From Selaginella moellendorffii (taxonomy: Eukaryota; Plantae; Lycopodiophyta): a stretch of DNA of 64,000 bases. The notes under the pieces were generated by a model. That model was not told the DNA's origin and searched no databases. It worked only from the letters and a program-made list of their open reading frames with translations. A program made the translations under genes and the position numbers. Below are positions 36,796-46,936 of this stretch, one piece after another. Where the stretch lies: assembly GCF_000143415.4 (NCBI RefSeq), contig NW_003314303.1, positions 1,456,676-1,520,675 on the forward strand, written 5' to 3'. Each line of letters begins with the position of its first letter. Within the stretch, counting starts at the first letter, position 1.

Positions 36796-39262
36796 GTGGA
36801 GATGCTTCTTTCGAGAGAAGAGAGGAAAAGGAGGAAGGAGGAGAGCCCCGTGTGCTGCTGCCCTGGCATGTGCATTGTTGCTGCCATCCTCTGCACTCCT
36901 TCCCTCGCTCCTCCTCATACTATCTCTCTAGTGCCTTCTAGCACACTCCCAAAACTTAGAACTTAGGGTTTGCAATCTAGCAAGATTGCACTTGTATTTT
37001 GATTTTGCCCAAACGGCTGGGAGTTTCCTCGATTCCTTCAACAGGGGCCTTATAAGAGTGGAGCATTAGGTCCTCTTATAATGGCGCAGTGAGATCTGCC
37101 ACAGATCAGGAGATCTTGCTCACCCTAGTTGCAGCGATAGCTAGGGTTTGCAAGCTTTCACAATTTGGGGCTTTCGGTTCTAGGGGGAAATCAAGTTGTG
37201 GGAATGATTGAGGTGAGGAAGAGGGATGTCACCTCCACTTGCTTCGTCGGAGTGGCTATGGCAAAGAATAGGCTCTTTTTCTCCTCTTTTCTCTCCCACA
37301 GCTTAGTTTTTGGTCTTTTTCCATTTCGACTTCATGGCTGGCAGCTAAGGAGTGGCGAGAAGCACTCCTAGCAGCGGCACTTCATTTAGATCTGGGATCT
37401 GAGAGATCTGGACGACCCCAACTCGTGCTCTGGAATTAAGGTTCTTGGGCAGCAGCTAGGGTTAGGGTTCTTGGCGGCTGCTAACAACTAGGGTTAGTGT
37501 TTGCCCTGTCTAGGGCTATGGTTCCTTGGTCGCTAGGGCTTCTAGGGCTGGTAGTGGCAGGTCACTATGGTCCTAGGAGGCTCTTAAGGCATCTTGACAG
37601 TGGACAGACAGTTACAAAAGCTTTAGAAATGGAGTTCTTTGCCAAGATCTATGCGATCTTGCTTGCCTTGATGCGTGATAAAGATGGTAGTGGTCAAGGA
37701 TTGGTGGAGCTGGATGTCACTTTAGGAGTGGCTTGGACCAGTTAGGACTTGAAAAAGCTTCTAGTGTTTTGGATTCTCTTTGGAACACCATGCATAATGT
37801 CTTGCTTTGAGGATGATCGGGAAAGGAGGATTTTTGGATTCAGTGGTAGGGATTGTTGCCACAATTGGGGCCAGTGGCCAATAGGGTCAATTCGGTGCTA
37901 CACATGTAGGGGATCCATACATTTCTTCTCCAAAGCTTGCTTTGGAGTTTTCTCCCTTAGGAGGAGGTTCGTGCCCTTTCTCTAGTCCCTATTGTAGGGT
38001 TAGGACTCATTCAAAGATGAGTTAACGTGCTTGTCTCATGTGGGAGGCAAAGTAGCACACTCTAGCTTTGAGTTGGAGGACACTCACACTTCATACAGAG
38101 CTACGAGTAGGAGCTTCATTGCGATTGGACATAGTTTTGGCACCGAAAGCATGCTGGCGGTGGTGTCACGAATGTGACTTTGGGTATTGAAAGTTATCTG
38201 TCGGCCAGTCCTTACGGACACTCTTTCCTTACTACCATGATTGCAAAAAGTTGGTATTGCTGGACCCTTTATCAGCCCCTTTTATTCAAGTGTTAGTAAA
38301 TTGGACTTTGTATTTGTACTTGGCCGGATGAGCATAAGGACAGAATTCCTAAGTGTTTATTTTGCCAAGCATAATTGGCCTGGCTTTTTAGTTCTCTTTT
38401 GCTCTGTTTTACACTAGTTTGACAAAAACCCTTGCATATTGAAACTAGTCCCTTAATATCGCTGGATGATAGTTATAATGTCTACAAACACCCTTGCTAT
38501 CATGCCCTTTGTGTTAGTCTCATTTTAGTCCCAAATGGTATTTAGAAAAAGTGTTTAGATTTGCTCATTTGGCACATCTAGCTCCCGCTTGCGTGTCTGT
38601 CCTTGTTCTGTGTATGGCTTGGATTTAAGCCCAAGTTCCATTCTATGCTAGCTGGTGGAGTACCCATGTCCTTGCGTTAAGCCACCGGTATGCTAAAATA
38701 ACACCAAACTTTGTTTAGCTCTGTTTTGCATGTTGATCTTGGCATTGGGATGCTGGTTACTCTAGGACTATTCTAAGTTGCTTTGTGCTCTTGTCCCTTC
38801 GCTCCTTAGGCTGTATGTTTAAGAGTTGCTCCGTGCTCCCATGCCATTGCTCCTTGGCTCCATACTTGGGAGTTTGACACTATTCCTTCATTCAGTGGCC
38901 CAAGGCTTTGAAACTTGGGTTCCACACCACTGTCCTTTGGACATGTGGCATGTGACATGTGGCATATAACACATGGCATATAGAGGGTTTAAGTTCTGCT
39001 TCGTGGTGTTATCCTATGGTAAATCACCATAGGATAAAGAGTAAAATCCATGTGTGCTATAGGTGGAGCGCTACATGGCATGTCTCACAGGTCATGGAGC
39101 GTACCAGGTGGCTTCAAGCTTCGCAATAGAGTCACCTGAGAGGCGGACGGCCCAAGAGCAGCACCGAGCATTTGTGCTTGTAGCTTCACTAATTTCTCTG
39201 AGAGTGCGCTCTCAATGTTGTTTTGATCCCTTTGGGACTGGGGTAATGTATATATATGTTTA
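36796..39262 (+). mobile_element. Probable non-autonomous LINE derivative (ORF1-like remnant plus LINE-type tail)
   Basis: VFWILFGTP and a CYTCRGSIHFFSKAC zinc-knuckle-like motif at ~37760-37940. Ends GGGTAATGTATATATATGTTTA, like the LINE tail, directly before the 20-bp target. The interior assignment is tentative. Confidence 0.45.
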
Positions 39263-39300
39263 CCAATCTTGCCGGATTGTAGCACTGCAGGGTGTTTTTA

Positions 39301-39356
39301 ACCCTAAATGCATGAAATCCTAAACGCGCCTAAATCCTAAACCCTAAACCCTAAAC
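39301..39356 (+). repeat. Interstitial plant-type telomeric repeats (CCCTAAA and variants)
   Basis: ACCCTAAA...CCTAAATCCTAAACCCTAAACCCTAAAC. Confidence 0.9.
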
Positions 39357-39357
39357 T

Positions 39358-40103
39358 GACACACACCGGCAGCTCGCGGGATGGCTCTCTCCTATGTAAC
39401 CATTGGACTCTAGGTATGTATGAGTGACCTAAGGCCCTCCACCATCCGAGTCCACACACGGTCAATGCAGGATCAACAGTCAACGACAAAATATTCCTAG
39501 AACATTTCTTGCAAAGCGAACCACTTGTTTTGTCTCTGGGTACGTATGGCTGACACAAGCATTGTGGACGTAATGCATGCACTATATCACACCATGTTTA
39601 CAAGTTATCTTACGTCAAAGGTACGTCACTCACCGGACAAATGCTTACTCTCTTTGGCGATCTGCCGAAGACATTCTCCGTGACTACCACTGCTACTGAG
39701 TAACCAGCTCCAGCTTTGCTACGTTCGCATCTTCATGAGCCAATGCTGCCATGGCACTTTGCATAGCCACCACATGGACTTGCACTAAGTAAGAGAGCCA
39801 AAATATAAGTAAAGTTGATGCCGAGCTAGGGTTAGGGTAGACGCTAGATGACTACACCCAGCTAATAATTCCCAAAAAAAAATGAAAGCTGTCTTGGGTT
39901 GTCTCTTATCCTCTCCCTCGCTCACAAATGAATGAAAATTCATTCCTTTGCCTCCTCTACTTGCTCTTGATCATGCCGTTTCAACAACTGCATATGGAGA
40001 ATGTGGATTGCACAAAGTGGTGCTGTGATTTTTGCCGGATTGCAGCACCACAGAGTGTCTTTGACCCTAAACGTGCCTAAATCCTAAATCCTAAACCCTA
40101 AAC
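39358..40103 (+). repeat. PLE terminal repeat copy 2, uninterrupted, ending in telomeric repeats
   Basis: Direct repeat of 33706-34373 with an empty target site at 40025-40045 and CCCTAAA-type repeats at 40064-40103. Confidence 0.9.
39854..39902 (+). ncRNA. Decayed second hammerhead motif
   Basis: ACACCCAG-CTAATAA-TTCC..-GAAA-GCT-GTC-TTGGGTTGT at the homologous position. It keeps the core C and a fuller stem I, but G>A changes disrupt the core. Confidence 0.55.
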
Positions 40104-41473
40104 CAGTTTCTCGAGGTTTTGACACGGTGCTTGTGGTGGTTGATCGTTTTTCCAAGATGGCCCATTTCTTGCCATAGATGATGTCATCAGTGATTGTGGT
40201 TCTCAATTTGTTTCTAGAGTTTGGCAACAGTTCCTTTCTTTCCTTCATGTCAAGAGCCAGCTGTTGACTTCCCACCATCCTCAAACTAATGGGCAATCGG
40301 AGCATACAATTCAAACTCTAGAGCAATACCTTCAATGCTTTATTTGCCATCAACAGGATGATTCGGTTGATCTTCTTCCCTCTACTGAGTTTGCCTACAA
40401 TAATTCTCAGCACTCCTCAACACATTCATTTTTTGTGAATTATGGCCTTCAGCCCCATTGGTCATATTCGTTACCTCCAGCTCCTGGTAGTTTCTAATGC
40501 TTCGATTGCTGCTTGTGTTGTTGCTTTGGATTCTCTTCACAAGGATGTTCATCACCACCTTGCTCATACCCAAGCTGCTCATCACCATGTTGCTAATCAC
40601 TCATGTCAACCTAGTCCTTCATTTTCTATTGGATCTAAGGTTTGGCTTCTTCAGCATCATTGGAAGACTACTTGCCCTTGCAACTAGTTGGACTACCAAT
40701 GTTTGGGCCCTTTTCCAGTTCTATCTCACATTTTTGAGGTAACTTATCGACTTGATCTTCCAACATCCATGGGTTTGCATCTAGTATTCCATATTTCTCT
40801 TTTGGAACCTTAGCATGCTCCTTCGGATCCTACTCGTATTCCTCCAGCTCCTCCTACAATTATTGCTGGTGAACCAGAGTTCAAGGTTGCTGCTATACTT
40901 GATTCTAAGTACAGGTATTGCAAGTTTTATTATCTTGTCGATTGGCTTGGATATTCACCTAGCAATCGTATGTGGGAGCCTGCTACTTTTGTTGCTCATG
41001 CTCCTGATTTGGTTGTGGATTTTCATTGTTGCTATCCTCTCAAACCTGGTCCTACACCACTTCAGTTGCTGGTCAGTGCTTGGCAATAGGAGGGGGGATG
41101 ATATCATATATTTTCCATCTCTCTCTATATTTACTGAAGGTATTTTTCACTATATTTGCTCCTTACGGGATTTGAACCCTGGACCTATAGTGATGAGATT
41201 TGAACCCAAGATCTACCATGCATGTGCATACATGCATGGGCATCCAGGATTGGTATGGACCCATGCCTAAATTAGTTTCCTGGATTAGCAAAAGGGTTTA
41301 CCAAATTAGGTTCTAAGGACCCTATAAAAGTAGGGTTTCTAGGACTTTGTACTCAGAGTGTTCAACACAATTCTTTCTTCCTTCAACTTTTCTTTTGTCT
41401 TTGTCTTTTGATCTTGTCTTTTTCCTCATCATCTCCTTCTCTCGCTGATGAGCTCTTGACAGTTTTGATGACA
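40104..41473 (+). mobile_element. 3' part of a Ty3/gypsy chromovirus: integrase core, chromodomain, PPT and LTR
   Basis: VVVDRFSKMAHF, HPQTNGQSE, FAYNN, VFHISLL, EFKVAAILDSK, YYLVDWLGY..WEP. PPT AGGAGGGGGGA at ~41088-41098 and LTR ~41102-41473 ending ATGACA. Confidence 0.88.
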
Positions 41474-43479
41474 TTTTTTGAGAGGTGTCTTAGGGTTTAG
41501 GGTGAAAATTATAGCTGAAATATCTCTACCTTGGATCACATTTCTTTCTTATGATAACATTTCTAGTAATTGGGCCATTAGTTCTTTATTTTATTCCTAT
41601 GATCATTTCCAAATATGTTTCCATGAAGAAGTAGTGACTCTTAAGCTTGTGGAGGGTGAGTTCTAACCCACAAAGAACTAACCATTGTTCATGAAAATAA
41701 AACCTAAATTGAGGTTGGCTTTCCTCTCTAGTTTTGAGCACTATCACGAACTTATTAAAGCTATCAATTTATCACTATTTTGTGACTTCTATTGACTACA
41801 GTATTTTTTATTGTCAAGACTATTTTACTCAACTACCAAATCCTTATAAATATGTTTTTCATTATTATCGTTATATATGGTGAAAACTTTGTGACTTCCA
41901 ATGACTGCAGTATCTTTTACAATTAAGACTACTTTACTAAACAGATAATAATGTTTTTCATTATTATCATTACATATGGTAAAAACTTTTCTCTTTTCAC
42001 TTTCTTGTTTTTTCCTTCATTTGTTTTTTTTTTCTATTTTCTTTCACTTTTTCTTTCTAGGATGTGGTATCAAAAAGATACATCCCATTTTACTGAATAG
42101 GTATTTTAATAAAATAAAGTATGATTTAACTTTTGTTAGAGTATTTGTAATAGTTTTCTTCCATCCACAGTTGATTTGTCAGAGTTTTGGGGCAATGAAG
42201 TAATTAGATTTATAGATTTAAATGAAAGTTATCATCTAGAATAAAATCTTTCTTAATTTATTTCTCTGTGTGCCATATGCAAGTAATTTTACCCCCACAA
42301 CACACTAGCAATAACTTTAGGTATTTGTCATACATTAAATTTTCAACTTGAGGTGGTGCCAACTCCTAAGAACTCATATATTTCTTAGTTTTAATCCCAT
42401 GGTTTTTAAATGTTTTCTACATCACATCATTCCAATCACTATCATGATCAATCTGAGTAATTTAAACTAATTTTCTACCAACCAACCCACTCACAACACC
42501 ATATTCAATACTCACTATACCTAGTTTATATTTCATCAGTATACATATACTTATTTAGGGATATTTTAAAATTATATACCTTGAGTGAATGGCCTAAAAC
42601 CTAGGGCTCATAGTTTAAAGGTTAAGGTTTTGAATGATTAATATTATATTAAAAACTATTGGAATAAAATAAAACCCCTACAAAAAATAGTTTAGTGTTT
42701 ATACAACCTTTGAAATTACCCTAAACCCTAGGGTTTGCACCACCCTAACCCTAAACCATAGGGGTTATATAGATTATTCTTTCAACCATTCAGCTAGGGT
42801 ATTAAATGTTAAGGAAAATGGTCATTTCAAGCATGTTGTGTGATGCAATCACAAAGTGTTAGAAAGCAAAGGTCAAAGAAATTATTTCTAGAGTATCAAA
42901 TTTTAACAACATAAGTGACATTGGTAGAGTACCTTTGGTTGTGGCTTGTACAATAGGTAATCAAGCTATTATTGAATTGTTGCTATGAGAAGGGGAAAAC
43001 AAAGACTTTAATGGTATTCAGAATGGCTTTGTTTTAATGTTTTTAGCTTTACAGATGTTTTTAAAATGCTCTTATACCTTGAGGTGGTCAAGCATCATTT
43101 ACCATTCAATCTTATTGAAGACCTCTTATCAACACTAGCACTGCTTAGTATAACTAACATTACAGATAACCTGTTGCGTGCCATGGATTTCATGGATGAA
43201 AATAAGAAGCAAACTATGAAAAAGCATATGTAGCAATTGAAGCAAGTTTTGGAATAAATTCTAAGCAACTTTGACGATGACAAGCCCAGTCATTTGCAGT
43301 GGTCAACAATGACACGAAGAATTTTGGGAGACAGTGAGTTTCCTACTAGCACTAGAAGGTCTACAAGGCTAGAAAAACTTAGAAAACTTAAAAATCTGTT
43401 GAAGTAATAGGATGTTGTTGGTATGACCAATGACATGTACTGTAGATACCCAAATACCAATTACTATTTCCCATTAGCT

Positions 43480-43955
43480 TATTGAATGATGTTGAAAAAC
43501 CTTTACAAAACAAACCTGATATTCTTGACATAGTCATAGGTAAAAATAACCTCTTTTATGCGTAATTTTTTAAGTTAAAATATCCTCTTGTACTGTAGAT
43601 AATATCTAAGGACTATTTTGAACAAGGAAAATATTTAAAAGAATGTAATTTCCTCAACATACTTAATGGTTATTTGTTAAAACAAATAGTAAGAACAAAA
43701 GAGATATAACTGCTTCTATGTGTAATTGTGTTTTTGGAGTCTTTTAAGTTGGGAAATCCCTTTGGGTGGCGTAGAAAATGGCTAACTACTGTAGTGAACA
43801 ATAACAATGTTGAAAAGCCTTCACAAAACAAACTTGATGTTCTTGACATAGTCATTGGTAAAAATAGCCTCGTGCTGAGGTTAAAATATCCCTTTACAAC
43901 AATAATGTCCAAAATCTGTTTCGAATAAGGAAAATGTTCAAAAGAATGTAATTTA
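43480..43955. repeat. Imperfect ~150-170 bp direct duplication
   Basis: ATGTTGAAAA.CCTT.ACAAAACAAAC.TGAT.TTCTTGACATAGTCAT...AAAGAATGTAATTT at ~43488 and ~43807. Confidence 0.7.
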
Positions 43956-45339
43956 GTTAAAACAAAAAGATAAGTTTGATTTAGGATGAGGGCATTTCAT
44001 AGAGCTTGTTGGAAGGTGGGGTGGTAGTGTTGGAAGGGAGCTAGAGATTTGCCACTAACCTACATTTCATGTGTCCAAATAAGTAAGATCCTCAGTTATA
44101 TAGATAGGAAGGCTACTTTTGTTTTAAGACATAATGGTGAAAAAGGATGTCTAATGAGGTTTTTTAGTCAATAGTCCTTTTCTAAGCTTTTTTTTATCAA
44201 TGGGCTGCTCATTTGGGCATCTACTTAAAGATGCACAGAGTTGCCGATCAAAATGAAGCTCAAATATTACTCTAAAACCTTAAACCCTAAACCTTTTTCA
44301 CGAAAATGCATAGTAGTGAAGGGGTTTTTGGTTTTTGGTTTTGTAAGCGATTAATTTTTCCATTCTACTTTAGTCACTTAACCGCACCTCCAACCACTTG
44401 AAGGAGTCTCCTTCACAACCTCCATAAGTCCCATTCAGAACTTGGGGCTTGCTAGCCCCGCGAATGGCATCCACACCACTCAACTTTTGCACTTGGTCCA
44501 AGTGCTCCATGTGTCCGATCCCATGACCGACACCCCAAGGTACCACTGACATACTAGCCCGTTACGCTAGGCCATGCCCATTCACCTTGGTCACATCAGT
44601 GGTCCAACACCACCTACATTACAATCCTGTCTCTCAAAGATTAGGCCATCCATCCATGAGTGGCTATCCCAGATCCACTCCATAACAACCTCAGAATGCC
44701 TGCAGACATGGGAATAGCCTTCCCCAATGTCTCCTTTCCGGTCCCCACCAAGTCCCTTTCTGTCCATGGTCGTGTTCACCAACACTGCCACTGGATCAAG
44801 GCCCACAGGCCTGACCACTAAGTCCAACTGTCCTCTAGGACTTCCTCACTGTGTGACTGTGTCCCTTGCCACCACACTAGAGGGCTACTCCTCTTCCTTT
44901 CCACAGTCTGGGACTTTGGGGCAACATTTTGGAACACCGTGGCCCTACACAGGCCTCATGGGTACTCTCCTCGCCTTCTACCTTTGGGTGCTCTAGCCAT
45001 GGGCTTAGAGCGAGGTTCCGTTGAGCCACACTAAGTATCCAAGCAAGTAGTGCCACCCATACTTGGACTGGGAGCATTGGCCAGTCAATCTCCCGGGGGA
45101 ACTAGAGCCGGCTCTTGAACACTTCACCAAGCTACCCCACTTGTTGGTCCGTGTTCACTCTAGTCTTGGACTTCCCAGTGGTCAGTTCATCACCCAACAC
45201 TGGGTCGGGCCTTCCTGGGCCAAACTGGCCTTTCCTGGCCAAACTGGCTCCACTACAGTCCTCCCCCTTACTATACTTTTGGAGCTCACCAAACCCCCCA
45301 GGGTCTGGGAGACGAATGCTTTGGGCTTTCACCCTCTCA

Positions 45340-45770
45340 GACTTGAACTCAGATTCGGACTCAAACTCGGACTCAGACTCGGACTCGGACTCGGGCTCGG
45401 TCTCGGCCTTGGCCTTGGTCTCGGTCCCGGTCCCGGTCTCAGTCCCGGTCCCGGTCTCAGTCTCGATCTCGGTCTTGGTCCCGGTCTCAGTCTTGACCTC
45501 AGACTCCATCTCGGGTCCTTCTCGGATTCCATCTCGGGTCCATCTCAAACTCCGTCTCGGTCCATCTCGGACTCCATCTCGGACTCCGTCTCAGACTCCA
45601 TCTCAGGTCCATCTCGGACTCCATCTCGGGTCCATCTCGAACTCCATCTTGGTCCATCTCGGACTCCATCTCAGACTCCGCCTCGGTCCATCTCGGACTC
45701 CATCTCAGACTCCACCTCGGACTCCAACTCGGACTCCATCTCGGACTCCATCTCGGACTCCATCTCGGAC
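45340..45770. repeat. Hexamer/dodecamer arrays inside the LTR (GACTCG, GGTCTC, GGACTCCATCTC); counterpart at ~51115-51560
   Basis: Directly visible. Copy numbers differ between the two LTRs. Confidence 0.95.
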
Positions 45771-46836
45771 ACTTCCACGTGTCATGCGTTAGTCCTTTTG
45801 GGTCCCTTTTTGGAGCCTCGCTTATTGCTCACTTCATGCTCGTTCCTTGAGCACTCTGTTGGGAGTTCCACTCTTGCTCTCGACCTTTCAAGTCAGAGCC
45901 TTTTAGTCCAAACGTGTTACGCTCGTTTGGCTTTTGCTTCGGCCACTACCACGTGGCACCCTTTTGGCTCCACTTTGGGGCTTAGGGATTTTTGTCTCAC
46001 AACTCCACCACCCCTAGACGAAGTTCGATGTCCTCATCGAACAGTAAACCCTTTTATAAAGTAACACCCGCAGGTATTACCATTTCCATCCTTGGCACCC
46101 ATCCAATATTTGTCTATGGTTTGACCCCGAAGGCTCACCATGCCTTATCCATCCTCTAAGGAACATAGTCTCTCCAACCTAGAGACTCCCTCGACCACCT
46201 AGGGTGGTTTGCTCCCTTTTATTGGTTCGGTTCTTGCGAAACCCGTTAGAGACACCCTCTCTAACTCAATTCCACTACTCATTCTCGAGTAGTCTCAGAT
46301 TCCATTAACCTAACCTTTGCACTTTGGAAATTTTGATTTTTGACTTCTCAGAGTCAATTTCCTAGGTGTCTCCGACACCTTACGTTGCACATGGTGCAAC
46401 TCCACTTCCCTATCCTAGGAAGTTCTTTACTTGAGGGTACCATCATCCTCTCTTCGATATCGTGCCACCTTTGGCACTAAATTCCAGTTATCATAATTGG
46501 TGCTAGGGCTGCCCACGGCCCTATTATTTGGCTACCTTATTGCTCCCCCCTTTGGAGCATCCACTTTCGCCAAATCGGAGCGGTTGGGAATCCACCCTTG
46601 GGGAAACATTGCCTTTCCCACAATCCGTTAGTACCCAATATATTAGTGTTCTCGGCCTAACTTTGCCATTTGGATTCTTTCCCATGATTCCCATAGCTCT
46701 TTTCTTAGCCACTAGTCTTTTGCTCCTATCCTTGATTGTTGCACCCAGCAACATAGGATCGCTATCTCCATTTTTTAGGTTTCCTTTCAGTTCCATAGCA
46801 AACACTTTGTTTTTCCAAGTCTAGAGGGTGTTCACC

Positions 46837-46936
46837 NNNNNNNNNNNNNNNNNNNNNNNNNNNNNNNNNNNNNNNNNNNNNNNNNNNNNNNNNNNNNNNN
46901 NNNNNNNNNNNNNNNNNNNNNNNNNNNNNNNNNNNN
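46837..46936. other. Assembly gap (100 N)
   Basis: Run of N. Confidence 1.

Noticed and set aside
42590-42765. Scattered ACCCTAA/TAGGGT motifs as a telomere relic
   Set aside because: Non-tandem and in mixed orientation, unlike the polar tracts of the PLE. More likely telo-box-like or TE subterminal motifs.
45340-45770. SD-repeat adhesin-like ORF or CRISPR-like array
   Set aside because: Simple 6/12-mer repeats without unique spacers, inside a plant LTR. No cas genes or bacterial context.
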